A DNA stretch of 59,900 nt, the filler included, from Basidiobolus ranarum (lineage: Eukaryota), in the NCBI GenBank assembly GCA_040143965.1. It is 10 parts of 10 records of this genome, joined end to end, with 100 filler letters (N's around TTAATTAATTAA, not from the genome) between each part and the next. Parts side by side here need not be neighbours in the genome. Positions count along the whole stretch, not along the records: positions 24,034 to 29,933 come from JASJQH010001469.1; positions 30,034 to 35,931 come from JASJQH010001470.1; positions 36,032 to 41,929 come from JASJQH010001471.1; 7 more parts are not named here. One strand, written 5' to 3'. Within the stretch, counting starts at the first letter, position 1; each line of letters opens with the position of its first letter. This document shows, piece after piece, positions 26,862 through 38,227 of this stretch. Position numbers and translations under genes: made by a program. The notes below the pieces were generated by a model. That model made no database searches, was not told where the DNA came from, and saw only the letters and a list, made by a program, of their open reading frames with translations.

Positions 26862-27720
26862 ATGTCTAAAATCTCTGCCGCTGCCAAGAACGCTGCCGGT
26901 AATATCCAAGAAGGGGTCGGTAAGGTGTTCAACAGTGAAAGTATGATCGCCAAGGGTGAACAAAAGCAAGTGGAAGCTCAACAGCAAAATATAGCGGCTG
27001 AACAAAAGAGTAATGGCAATGCACACTCAGCCAAGGGTACGGTGAAACAAAACATTGGTGAGGCCTCCAACAACCCACACCTAGCTGCCCAAGGTGGAGC
27101 TGAACGTCATCATGGAAATGCTCAATTCTAGAAAATTAAATGATCCAACTGACAGAGTAGGTGGCGGCACACAACACACTGGCACCGGGACTATCGGTAA
27201 TCATCACACAGGTACCAACCTGACTGACACTCAACCTCACAGCAACCATATTGGTGGAACTACAAATCCTGTAGGTACTGGCTATATCGGAACTGATCCT
27301 CTTCATAACTATACAACTGGCGTCGGTCATCATACCACTCATTCCAACACTAATCCAATCTCTTCCGGAGTCACTACCAATCATAATTCTTACCACAATG
27401 GTGCTGGAGGAAAGTCCTCCACCATGTCAGCAAAGAAGGATCAAGCTGTTGGAGCTATGAAGCAAAATGTTGGAGGCACCCTCAAAAATCCATCTCTGGA
27501 AGTCCAGGGTGCAGGCCAACGCCACCAAGGCCATTTCCAAGAGCATGCTGCTAAGCATCAATCAGGAGCTATGACAGGAAACGCCAATGCCGCAACTGGA
27601 ACAGTCAAGGAAAATGTTGGTCATGTCACTGGCAATCCATCCTTGGAGCTGAATGGAGCTTCACAACGAGTACAGGACGACGCCCAATATAATACGACTC
27701 ATAATAACCGAGTATTGTAA
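26862..27720 (+). pseudogene. CsbD-like hydrophilin copy 3, full length but frameshifted at ~27128
   Basis: TATA-like tataagag at ~26791. ORF 26862-27131 stops at TTC TAG while homology continues in the +1 frame to 27720. It is 5 nt shorter than copies 1 and 4 at this site. It may still express an 89-aa two-unit protein. Confidence 0.7.
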
Positions 27721-28421
27721 GCGAATAGTCGGGTTTTTGAGTTTGAATATATCATTTTTTGTATGTAGTGTCTTCGCTTGAAATCTGTGTATGTTTCTTC
27801 GTACAGTTAAATAAACATTTATGTATACTATAGATATGACATGCATTATGTCAAATAGTGACGGTTATTGAGTAATGGCGATAATGAGTTAATACCGTAT
27901 GGCATCAAAAATAGCAGAGTAGTAGCGCCCATTCAGAACAGGTGAAGATCAAAAAAACTGGAAAGTTGTCAACGAAAAGTTTCATCGCTCACAATAGGGT
28001 TTCTCACTGTCCAATCAAACCTTAATATATGTGATTGAAATTTGTTCACGAATGAAACTGTAGATAGGCGCCAATATTGCCACTTTTAGAATTTACATTC
28101 GAAACATGTATTGAATAAAGTTTAGTATACAGGAAAATCCTATGCCAGCCAATGATGTACTGTCTGAGTGACATCGCTAAAGGACGTCAACAAACTAATG
28201 AAAAGATAAAACTACATTGAAATCAGATATAGGTTTACCATGAGATGAAAGTGAAGTTGGCGTGGTTAACAAGAACGATTAACCATAACGCAAAGTCATG
28301 TAGTTTCAACGCCGTGTTTCATAACTTTATTACGATGGGCACCATTCAGTGTGAAAATCTTGCTCATAAGCAATAAATATAGTCGTTTTCACCGCCAAAT
28401 ACCAGACAATATTACATCACG

Positions 28422-28811
28422 ATGCGTTTTCTACTTTCTACACTCGCCTGTATTACTGCTTTCCAAATGGTAAATGCTCGGGGTAGCTCACCACAGAGAA
28501 ACCCCTTCATCCCCGAGAACTATCCTGGCCTTATCATTGGGGTTTCTGTCGGATATGCTATTTGTGAGCACGGTAATGTTATATTCTTGGTCAGTACCTC
28601 GTCACTCTGTCCTCAAGATGTAGGATGCTACGCCCTTGATAGGGATCGGCATACAATTAAGAGAACGCTAAACAGACTCCGGAAATATGGTAATGAAGTA
28701 TGGCCATATGCTCCATGGGGTGGGAGCTTCCCATATAGAGTCGATCCAAAGACAACCAACTTGGTGAATTGGCCTAACAAGGGTAAACAGGCTACTTGCA
28801 AAAACGACTGA
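28422..28811 (+). CDS. Small secreted protein of unknown function (129 aa)
   Basis: Signal-peptide-like MRFLLSTLACITAFQMVNA, four Cys in the mature part, TATA-like ataaata ~45 nt upstream and aataaa downstream. Confidence 0.7.
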   Translation: MRFLLSTLACITAFQMVNARGSSPQRNPFIPENYPGLIIGVSVGYAICEHGNVIFLVSTSSLCPQDVGCYALDRDRHTIKRTLNRLRKYGNEVWPYAPWGGSFPYRVDPKTTNLVNWPNKGKQATCKND

Positions 28812-29110
28812 TTCGACTTAAGTATGTTCAAAAGGACTCTTTGCTTTTTCTAAATTATACAATAAAACATCCTAGTTGTATCTCAATGTATGAAAAGAGA
28901 ATCATACCGATTTGCTGCCTAAACCAAATTGGCAACTGTTGCTATCGTTGGTAGCGTAAATTAGTTGACTGTAATTGGTTAATTGAATATAATTGTTTCG
29001 TATAAAGATAGTACGGTTTATTTGATTGCACAGATAAGTAAAATATACAATTTTAGATGAAGGATACTAAATACACAGAGAACCAAGCTAAAAACTTCTT
29101 GTGCAACCAC

Positions 29111-29932
29111 TTACAATACTCGATTGTTATGGGTTGCATTATGTTGCGCCTCGCCATGTACTCGTTGTGAAGCTCCATTGAGCTCCATGGATGGGTTACC
29201 AGTGGCATAGCCTACATTTTGTTTCACCGCACCAGTTGCAGCATTAGTAGTTCCTGCGACAGCTCCTGGTTGATTTTTAGCCACATGTTCTTGGAGGTGA
29301 CCACCTTGACGTTGGCCTGCACCTTGGACTTCAAGAGATGGCTTGTTGAAGGCACTTCCAGCATTCTGTTTCATTGCTCCTACGGCTTGATCCTTCTTGG
29401 CTGACATAGTGGAGGGCTTTTCACCAGACACATTGTGATAGGGGTCATTACTAGTAGCAACTCCAGTAGATCCAGCTCCAGCTGTAGGAACTCCAACGGA
29501 AATTGGATTAGTGGTTTGATGAGTTGTGTGATGACCTGTGCTGGTGGAATGACCATGAAGAGGGTCAGTTCCGGTGTAGCCAGTACCTGCAGTGTTTGTG
29601 GTTCCAGGGATATGACTGTTGCCAGCATTGGTACTAGCTATGCCAGCACCAGTGACTCCAGCACCTGTATGATGAGTGTTAGCTAAGCCAGTGTCAGTAT
29701 GATGAGTACCAGTAACTCCAGTGCCTGTATGGTGAGTACCAGTAGCTCCAGTGCCAGTATGATGAGTGCCAGTAATGCCAGCTCCTACTCTATCACTTGG
29801 GTTATTTAACTTTCCGGCATTGTGCTGGGCATTTCCATGAATGCGTTCAGCTCCACCTTCAGCAGCTAGATTTGGATTGTTGGTGGCCTCACCAATGTTT
29901 TGTTTGGCTGTGCCTTTGGCTGAGTGAGCATT
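29111..29932 (-). CDS. CsbD-like/His-rich hydrophilin, copy 4 (5'-partial)
   Basis: The frame is open from the contig end to TAA 29111. Same architecture as copy 1, with four THHT decamers. Confidence 0.75.
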   Translation of the reverse strand, partial: NAHSAKGTAKQNIGEATNNPNLAAEGGAERIHGNAQHNAGKLNNPSDRVGAGITGTHHTGTGATGTHHTGTGVTGTHHTDTGLANTHHTGAGVTGAGIASTNAGNSHIPGTTNTAGTGYTGTDPLHGHSTSTGHHTTHQTTNPISVGVPTAGAGSTGVATSNDPYHNVSGEKPSTMSAKKDQAVGAMKQNAGSAFNKPSLEVQGAGQRQGGHLQEHVAKNQPGAVAGTTNAATGAVKQNVGYATGNPSMELNGASQRVHGEAQHNATHNNRVL

Positions 29933-30033
29933 TNNNNNNNNNNNNNNNNNNNNNNNNNNNNNNNNNNNNNNNNNNNNTTAATTAATTAANNNNNNNNNNN
30001 NNNNNNNNNNNNNNNNNNNNNNNNNNNNNNNNN

Positions 30034-30231
30034 ATATAAATGTTATCAAATGACTCAGCTAAATATAAATGTTATCAAATGACTCAGCTAAATATAAATG
30101 TTATCAAATGACTCAGCTAAATATAAATGTTATCAAATGACTCATCTAAATATAAATGTTATCAAATGACTCATCTAAATATAAATGTTATCAAATGACT
30201 CAGCTAAATATAAATGTTATCAAATGACTCA
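30034..30231. repeat. 29-bp tandem repeat (ATATAAATGTTATCAAATGACTCAGCTAA), ~6.8 copies
   Basis: Head-to-tail units starting at 30034, 30063, 30092, 30121, 30150, 30179 and 30208. Two units carry a G>T change. The array runs into the contig end. Confidence 0.95.
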
Positions 30232-31300
30232 ATTGCCAGCTAATTTCCATTTTCATAACATAACTCTAATGATAACGGTACTACCATTTTCTTCAATAAG
30301 TATTTAGCATTTTCAATGACTGTTATTATGTTACTTTCTCTACCTTATGGTATCTTGATTTCCAGAATTATGCCATTACTATTATCATTGATTCGATATG
30401 ATTACTCAATAGATATTAGGCTATGTTGAGCATATTTAAGAAATGTTAAAAACCAACAAATTGTTCAAACTCTTCTAAACTTGTCCAAGGATCTTTGAAA
30501 TATTTTATTGCCCATAACACATCCAGCAGTATTTCTCTAGAATTGCAAATAAGCCATTCAATAAGTAGCACACTTATCACTGTATCTAGAAACCCAATTA
30601 ATTCCAAATTTCTCCGATCTACTTGAATCCACTCACTCTTCAAAGCCACTCCGTTAACTAACTATATATATATATATATTACACATAGAGTACCTTTTTC
30701 CTAAAAATTCTATGAATAAACATCATCTTTGTCAATAATAGCTCAGTATTCAATCTATGCTATTTAAATGAACAACCCTTCTTAGAACTTTTCCGTGAAA
30801 CATTTATTTTCACTTCATCCTGTCTGACCTTGTCACTCATGTACGTACTCGCCCCAACCTCATATGCCGGTCTCACGAAATAAATTAAAAATTCAATGAA
30901 GGGATTTTGTACCAATACAATACATTCTCTCTCATTAGATAGACCCTTAGTCTCCAAAGAGGAGATGAATCCCTAGATATGAAACATTTGCATTTGATTT
31001 TCAAGTTTTCTTTCAAAGAGAGAGTATAATCAAGACTAAAATACATGAACTGACTCATATATGAGCAAGGGCATCCACCAATAATAGTACCGGCATCCCC
31101 CGTCATCGTCATGCATGGGTCCGTGGTTGGAGCAGATACAGACTGAGGCAGTAAAATTAATATTTACACTTTGGTATTCGTAAGCATAGAAGTGAATGTG
31201 GATGTGTATAAAAGAAGAGGAAACTTGACTTCTAATAATTAGACCATTGTGAGCCATCTTTCTACCAAGAAATACAACGAACCTTCTTCCGGTTATCAAC

Positions 31301-31495
31301 ATGCCAGAATTTCGCATAACTACCAGACAAACATCAATTTTCAGCAATTGTAATGGACATGGAGAACCCGTTCATCAGGTTCCTGCTAACACTGCTTTGG
31401 TTTATCTTGGGAATTCACCCAATAGTACTTTCGCCTTGATAAAATGTGGTGCTATTACTGGATATGTCAATCGAGGAAATCTCCGACTTCCCTAA
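31301..31495 (+). CDS. 64-aa microprotein, bacterial-type SH3 (SH3b)-like
   Basis: TATAAAA at 31207, good start context (tcaacATG), and the pattern ..VHQVPANTALVYLGNSPNSTFALIKCGAITGYVNRGNL. Fold assignment is by eye. Confidence 0.55.
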   Translation: MPEFRITTRQTSIFSNCNGHGEPVHQVPANTALVYLGNSPNSTFALIKCGAITGYVNRGNLRLP

Positions 31496-31831
31496 GAAAC
31501 TGGGCGAATATTTTCAAGAAAATTGAATAACAAATGAGTGTATTTTACGGAACACTAAATGCTATCATCGAAATCCAACTCCGGAATCAATTTCTTGATA
31601 AATAAAATGGATTGAATGAATTTTTAAATTACTTTCAATAATATTGGGATTAAATCGATATAGTTTAAACCAACAATCTTTTAAAATTATTAGGGTTATT
31701 ATATTGGATTGGAATTTTCCGCAATATAATATATACCATAATATATACCTTCTTTTTAATCACTTTAGAAGGGGGGTTTTCTTTAGATTGAAACCAACCG
31801 AGTACGAAATACGACCAACGTTTCTTAGAGT

Positions 31832-34427
31832 ATGGGAAATTTCGAACCGAGTGATTCTTCTGATGAGGAGAGAATCAATTTCTCTATAACTGAACAAGAT
31901 CTACTAGAAGAAGCTGATAATTTTCACGGTGGTAGGTGATTGGTTTCTTTTTTAGCACCAAGTAGAGAAATAATAGAAGGGGGAGAGTGAAGTGGAATAT
32001 TATTTCATTTTCATTCATAATACTTACTTTATTTTATATTTATATAGACCCTTCAAATAGGAAACATCGTCGAAAATTCACCAAAAATGACGCCATTTAT
32101 GGCATTTGGGGGGAGGACGAAGAAGAGGAAGAGAAAGGAGGATATTCAAAATATAGGTAAGTTTTATATTTAAAATTAAACTTGGTAAATGGTTCGTGTT
32201 TATTAAATCTTCTTTTTATTTCAATCTTTCTAGTGGAAATATGAGTTTTGTAAAAGGGGATTCCCTGGAGAATTCCTCTTCTGAAGAGGAATCTTCAAAA
32301 ACTGAGGAAAATGAGTGGAAAAGTGGTGTTACAAAGGAAGAAGGAAAGAGTTATGAAAATATAGAGCAGCCTATTGATGACGACATGGAATTAGATAGAC
32401 CTAGTTTGGGCGGAGGTAATTATGGTCCCACTAGTTCATACGATGCTGAACCAAGCAGAGTAGGTTTAGGTGGTGGTGGTCTAGGATTCAAAGGAAAAGA
32501 AAAAAGCGCGACCACTTTGGAAGTTCCTCGTAGGCCTGCGTTTAGTCAGGTCAATAGCGGATACTCTACTCCCATGGATAGTCCACGTTCGTTGGATGAA
32601 ATGAAGTCAATGCAATTTGGTAAGAAAGGCAAATCTGGATCTCTCAAACAGACCGAGGCAGCTGGCTCGTCATCACCAGCACAGTTTACCAAGTATGGGT
32701 TCGGTTGGGAGATGCTCCAAAAGATGGGATACAAAGCGGTATGTAATTGATATATTCTTATTTCGCCCCATAAGAAATAGACACTAAATTGTTATGCACT
32801 ATAGGGAGAGGGCTTAGGTCTCCAGAAGGACGGTATTGTGGATCCCATTGAAGTAAAGCTACGCCCGGGCAAAATCGGTATTGCCTACAAAGGATTTAGA
32901 GAAAAAACGGAACAAGCCAAACAGCGAGAAAGGAAGCATGGATCTGGTGTAGATACCGATGAAACCTCAACTCCAGAGCCCGAAGATCGTGAAAGAGGTA
33001 AGAAAGGAGTGAGAAGAGAGAAACGCCCTTCACGTCCCAAGACCAAATACAAGTCAGTTCAAGAGATCATGAACAGAGTAGATGCAGCGTTCGACGGAAG
33101 TACACAAAAGATCATTGATATGCGAGGACCAGAGATTCGCGAACTTGTATCTGCTTCGGAACTGAAGCATGGATCTGTCGAAATCAAAGATGATATCCGA
33201 TTAATAATCGACCTTTCTCGAGGCGAATTGGATCATCTTGCCAGGGAAAAGCGAATTGAAGAGCATCGATTAAGATCATTTCAAATGGAGCGTAAGCGCT
33301 TTCAAACCATTGTGGACGAAGATAATGCGCGTATTTCTCGACTAAATGAGATCACTGCCATTGCCAAGGAGTGCGAGAAACTAATGAAAGCTTCGATGGT
33401 AGATTCTTCACTGACATTGGATATTTACGAAGATGCTTTTACGCGACTTAAACACGAATTCAAAGATGAACTAGACACGTATCCTATTGACTCCCTTTGT
33501 GTAGCTGTCTGCAGCCCCATATTAAAACGCCTGTTGGGAGATTGGGATCCCCTGGAAGATCCTACATTCCAGCTTGGGTTTTTGCGAAAATGGAAAAAGC
33601 TTTTTAAAGTAGCCAACCCATTAAATTCCGATGGATACGACTCCGATGTGGACATGGGGATTGCCAAGAGTGATGAGATGAAGCCCTACGAGTCCATGTT
33701 GTATCACCTGTGGCTGCCACGTGTTCGCTCTGCCGTAGTAAACGACTGGAATCCACGTGACTTTGATGCTATGGTGGCGCTGCTAGAGATCTGGACTCCC
33801 CCCATTCTGCCACAGTTTATCTATGACAATGTCATTGATCAACTCATTATTCCCAAACTAATGCGAGAGATAGAAAATTGGGATCCACGTAAAGATACCG
33901 AAATGATCCATTACTGGTTGCACCCATGGCTGCCACTGTTGGGTAACCGCTTAGGTGCACTATACAGCACCATCAGACACAAGTTTATCATTATTCTACG
34001 GGAATGGCACCCGTCAGAGGCAGGTGCTCACGCTTTACTGGAACCTTGGAAGTATGTGTTCAACGAGTCAGACTTCCGAACTTTACTTTCCAAGGCAATC
34101 CTACCCAAGCTAAAGCAAACATTACGTACGGAGTTTGTAGTGAATCCTCGTCAACAAGATCTCCAACCACTCGAATGGGTGCTACGTTGGAGAGACCTAA
34201 TTTTGCCAGAGAAATTAGCGCAATTAATTGAGAAGGAGTTCTTCCCTAAATGGTTACACGTTCTTAAGGCTTGGCTAGCAAGTAAACCCAACTATGACGA
34301 AGTGACTCAGTGGTATTTATTCTGGAAGAAACTATTTCCAAAAGAGCTGCAAGATGAACCTCTCCTAGCTGGTCAGTTTAGAATTGCTCTAGATTTAATG
34401 AACCAAAGTATCTCCGCTGGTCATTGA
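31832..34427 (+). CDS. TFIP11: Tuftelin-interacting protein 11 / Ntr1 (Spp382) spliceosome disassembly factor
   Basis: N-terminal TIP_N-like FSITEQDL..RRKFTKNDAIYGIW, G-patch GFGWEMLQKMGYKA|GEGLG..GIVDPIEVKLRP, and GCFC-type C-terminus (WLHPWLP, VNPRQQDL, FFPKWL..L..WL..PNYDEVTQWY). Three introns. Confidence 0.92.
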
Positions 34428-34838
34428 TGCCACTCTATGGTACCTATCACTATCTTCATATATGTCCTGCCCAACGCTATAGATTGGGACGTTGTATAAC
34501 AATTTGTTCATTTTGATTTCTATAAATATTGATGTCATTTAGTATATTATGAATTCTGAACCATCTACTTGGTTACTGGCGAAGATTAAGCCATAAACAA
34601 TAGATGATTTAATTCAGAGTAGAATAAAGCAACCCATTACATGACTAATTTTCTATCCTATCGCCTATCCTATCGCTTATATATAGTTGATTTCCATTTA
34701 CTGAGTTTAGCATGAAATGAAATGAAAATATAAAATTCAATAAGATTCATTTATTTGATATATCAATTATTGTAAGGTTAAAACCAATGGCTAAATAACT
34801 AAATATTTCCATTCATTTATAGGAACTCTCTCGTTCAT

Positions 34839-35273
34839 TTATAAGTAACTCAATATTCCTCCGATAACCACAGCTGCCATGACCATGCCTCCAGGGGCGA
34901 TCCCGATAGCATCACTCTTGTTGACAGGAGGAAGGGTGGCTACAGTAGTCGGTTTAGTTGAAGTAGCAGTAGCAGAGGTTATTGCTGGATTGACTGCCCC
35001 TGGGCTTCCTGATGATTGGACTACACCAGAGCTCACAGGTGTACCGAGTGGTGCTCCAGTAGGTGCAGAGGTTAGAGCGGTAGATGGGGATGAGCCGTTG
35101 GACCTTGATGGTGAACCAGTAGGCGAACCACCCGAGATAGCGGAAGTTCTACGAGTAGTTTCTGGTTCTTCTATTCTATCAGTTGACTCCATACCTGGTT
35201 CATTTTCGGAAAGATCTTGGGCAATAACTGAGGTAGCTAAAGCAATGATAACAAGAGAAGTGAAGAATTTCAT
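34839..35273 (-). CDS. Ser/Thr-rich secreted, probably GPI-anchored cell-surface protein
   Basis: Signal peptide MKFFTSLVIIALATSVIA, S/T/P/G-rich body, omega-like KSDA followed by a hydrophobic tail. Confidence 0.8.
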   Translation of the reverse strand: MKFFTSLVIIALATSVIAQDLSENEPGMESTDRIEEPETTRRTSAISGGSPTGSPSRSNGSSPSTALTSAPTGAPLGTPVSSGVVQSSGSPGAVNPAITSATATSTKPTTVATLPPVNKSDAIGIAPGGMVMAAVVIGGILSYL

Positions 35274-36757
35274 GGTAATAGTAATGGTCGGTTGGTTGGT
35301 TAGTTGGTTGGTTTATCCTGTTGATTATTCAAGTGAATCTTAATGAAATACTTGGTAATCTCCTGTCCTTTATACTTTATCTTGGGTATCCAGGTGGGAT
35401 CACGTGATAGGGGAGTTCATTAATCTCCATTGTTCCTTACAATATAGCATCAAAGAAAAATTCCGAGGGTCTTACTCGATTTAGCTAGGTCATTGGAGTT
35501 GAAGCAACGCCTAATGCTGTGATTAATGAGATTGTGAAAGAAGCGAATTTAGGGTGAGAGGTGAGGAAGGTGTTTGAGGCGCTTGAGGTGGTTGATGTGA
35601 ATTCGTATTAATAACAGGATAGGATAGAGGATAGGATAGAGGATAGGATAGACAGCGATTTCTTTCATCGGTATATTGATCTGGAAATACTACTGCTGTG
35701 TTATGTGTAATCATGACTTCTTTATTATCTCGGAACAAATGATATTCTTATGAGAAGCTACTCTAGAAACGAATAATATATTTTACAAGAAGTTGATAAG
35801 TGGTTGAATAATGGCGATTTAGGGTAGGGGTGACTAAGGGAGGGAGAGGGGAGGGGAGGAGAGGCGAGGCGAGGCGAGGGAGTGTTGGATTAGCTATAGC
35901 TCTTTAGAAATTGTATCTTGCATTAAACCAANNNNNNNNNNNNNNNNNNNNNNNNNNNNNNNNNNNNNNNNNNNNTTAATTAATTAANNNNNNNNNNNNN
36001 NNNNNNNNNNNNNNNNNNNNNNNNNNNNNNNAATGTACTGATAGTTGAGACGTTGGTCTTCATCGAATATCTCCGATAGATGAGTTGGTTGTTGATCTGT
36101 TTATTGTGGCAGCTAATGCGGAGCAACTTGGAGTCGGTTTGGCTGGTAGTAAGCACGCATATTGTCTAACAACGAACACTAACGACTCCATTTTTCCAGA
36201 GTAATCTCAGCACAAAATCTAAATTGCAATCACAATCCATTCCAATCGCGATGATTTTTATTGTTCAGTCACCATTACCCTCGTTAGAGAATAGGCACTA
36301 TTTTGTCATCCATCGGAATTTATCTGGAACTGAAGATCAAGCCAACAGAATGATGCGAGAATTTGTTGACCTCTATGTCCATTCAAACAAATTCGGAGTG
36401 CGGAGGTTCTAACAGGCTTAGATCTCATTGTCAAACATGATTCTGCAAGTATTTTTATTATACGTCAATACAACCCAACTCACCCCAGGTCCACTTTAGG
36501 GATCTACATGTATGCGCGCACTTTGAATCAAACCCATAAAAAGTCCATGGTTCCCCGGATTTTAGCTATTTCAAGATCATCTCGCTCTTACTCTTCAACC
36601 AGTGCCCCTTACCGATTAGACTTAGATCAACCAGCCAAGTTTGCTGAAATCGCTCGCCTCTTCCCCAGTGAACCCATTCTTATACATCATTCAATCCTTT
36701 CTATACACAGCTTTAAATACACTCACCAGACCCCATAGATAATAGACCCTCATCAAC

Positions 36758-38227
36758 ATGGTGAATACTGACATATTAGAGCAGCTAGAACAACTTAAAT
36801 ACTTCTTGGCCACTGCTCCGGCTAATTGGAGACCTGAGCAATCAATACGCAAGTTCATGCTTCCAAATGGCGAATATGTTTCCTGTACTCTCTGGAAAAA
36901 CCTCTTTCATATCACAGGTACTGATATCGTGCGATGTCTGGTATTTCGGTTCCAGGCTTTCGGTAGGCCGGTCAAGAACATCAAGAAATTCGAGGAAGGG
37001 ATATTTAGTGATCTCCGTAATTTGAAGCCAGGTATTGACGCTACCCTTGAGGAGCCTAGATCCGAGTTCTTGGAGATGCTCTATAAGAATAACTGCATTC
37101 GAACTCAGAAGAAGCAAAAGGTATTCTATTGGTATTCGGTTCCATGTGGTCGTCTCTTTATGGACGCTCTTGAGAGAGATTTAAAGCGGGAAGCTTTGGG
37201 TGCTGAGCCCACCACCGCTCCACTAAATCCTCACCAGCCCAATCCCTACTCATTAGCGGCTTCCCCTCCCCCACCCTTTCACTACACTGGGATGCACATG
37301 GAGCCTTGCAACGATTCCGCAAATCCCTCAGAGCTGGTTTTGGAAGCCCAAGGCACCCTCTCTGATCAAATATCCAACATGAGTGGAGAGTTTCGGAATC
37401 AAACGAGAGCTGAACAGGATTTACTAAATGCTATTGATCAGTCGATGGATAACTGGCTAACATCTGGCACTTGTCCAAATTCAGAGACCCTGTCTCTCAT
37501 TGATCACTTGGACACTAGAGAAGGAGACTCATCTCCCTCCAATCCTATCACTTTTCCTGCTAAGCAGTACACACCAGATACACCAAGTACATTGAGTCAA
37601 GGAAGTAATTTCTTCTCTACGCCAGAACCAGTTTTTCGTACTGGATATGATGATGAAAATCATACTGAATTGGAGCCTGAACACAGTAGAGAGAGAGGCG
37701 AGTTACTTTTGGGCGCCGCCTTTCCTAACCACGGATTACCTTTAAACCCCTCAGATTTCCAGTTTTCAGTTGACATGTTTCCATCTCTTCCGATAGGCAA
37801 TTCTATGAACCCCGTTTTTAACATGCTCAGTGGACTCGAGGGATCGCCTAGTTACAAGCAACGTAGAAAAAACCTGATTATCCATCAAGGGACTTGGGGG
37901 CATCCATATCCCACCCCTTACATGAATATAACGAATCAATCTACGGATATTATGAAGGATGGTCGATCTCCTTCTATCAAGCCGGTCCATTATTCTAGAA
38001 AAGCAAAGCGTTACGGTCATCCACAAAAGTATGGAGATGTATTTACCGAGGCCAAACCCTTCGCATGTCCAATGGAAAACTGTGAAAAGAGTTTCTCTCG
38101 ATTAGAAGGCTTCCACCAGCATTTACGGGTTCACACAGACGAGGTGTTCACTGACTCACCTACTCCCAATCCCAACATGAGTGAATTGGATTTCGACCAC
38201 CACTCTGGCTCACCCTTGTTATTATGA
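36758..38227 (+). CDS. STE12: Ste12-like transcription factor (STE domain + one C2H2 finger), intronless
   Basis: LKYFLATAPANW, ITGTDIVRCL.FRFQAFGR, KKFEEGIFSDLRNLK, NNCIRTQKKQKVFYWYSV, DALERDLKRE, and C-terminal FACPMENCEKSFSRLEGFHQHLRVH. Confidence 0.93.
   Translation: MVNTDILEQLEQLKYFLATAPANWRPEQSIRKFMLPNGEYVSCTLWKNLFHITGTDIVRCLVFRFQAFGRPVKNIKKFEEGIFSDLRNLKPGIDATLEEPRSEFLEMLYKNNCIRTQKKQKVFYWYSVPCGRLFMDALERDLKREALGAEPTTAPLNPHQPNPYSLAASPPPPFHYTGMHMEPCNDSANPSELVLEAQGTLSDQISNMSGEFRNQTRAEQDLLNAIDQSMDNWLTSGTCPNSETLSLIDHLDTREGDSSPSNPITFPAKQYTPDTPSTLSQGSNFFSTPEPVFRTGYDDENHTELEPEHSRERGELLLGAAFPNHGLPLNPSDFQFSVDMFPSLPIGNSMNPVFNMLSGLEGSPSYKQRRKNLIIHQGTWGHPYPTPYMNITNQSTDIMKDGRSPSIKPVHYSRKAKRYGHPQKYGDVFTEAKPFACPMENCEKSFSRLEGFHQHLRVHTDEVFTDSPTPNPNMSELDFDHHSGSPLLL

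Noticed and set aside
30034..30231. CRISPR array
   Set aside because: The units are head-to-tail with no unique spacers, the context is eukaryotic, and there are no cas genes.
34879..35343. 154-aa plus-strand ORF
   Set aside because: Antisense shadow of the GPI-type protein, which has a proper signal peptide and tail.
35610..35880. GGATA/GAGGC short tandem repeats (similar ones at 4545-4572, 5010-5075, 51030-51070)
   Set aside because: Ordinary microsatellite-like slippage with no evident structure.
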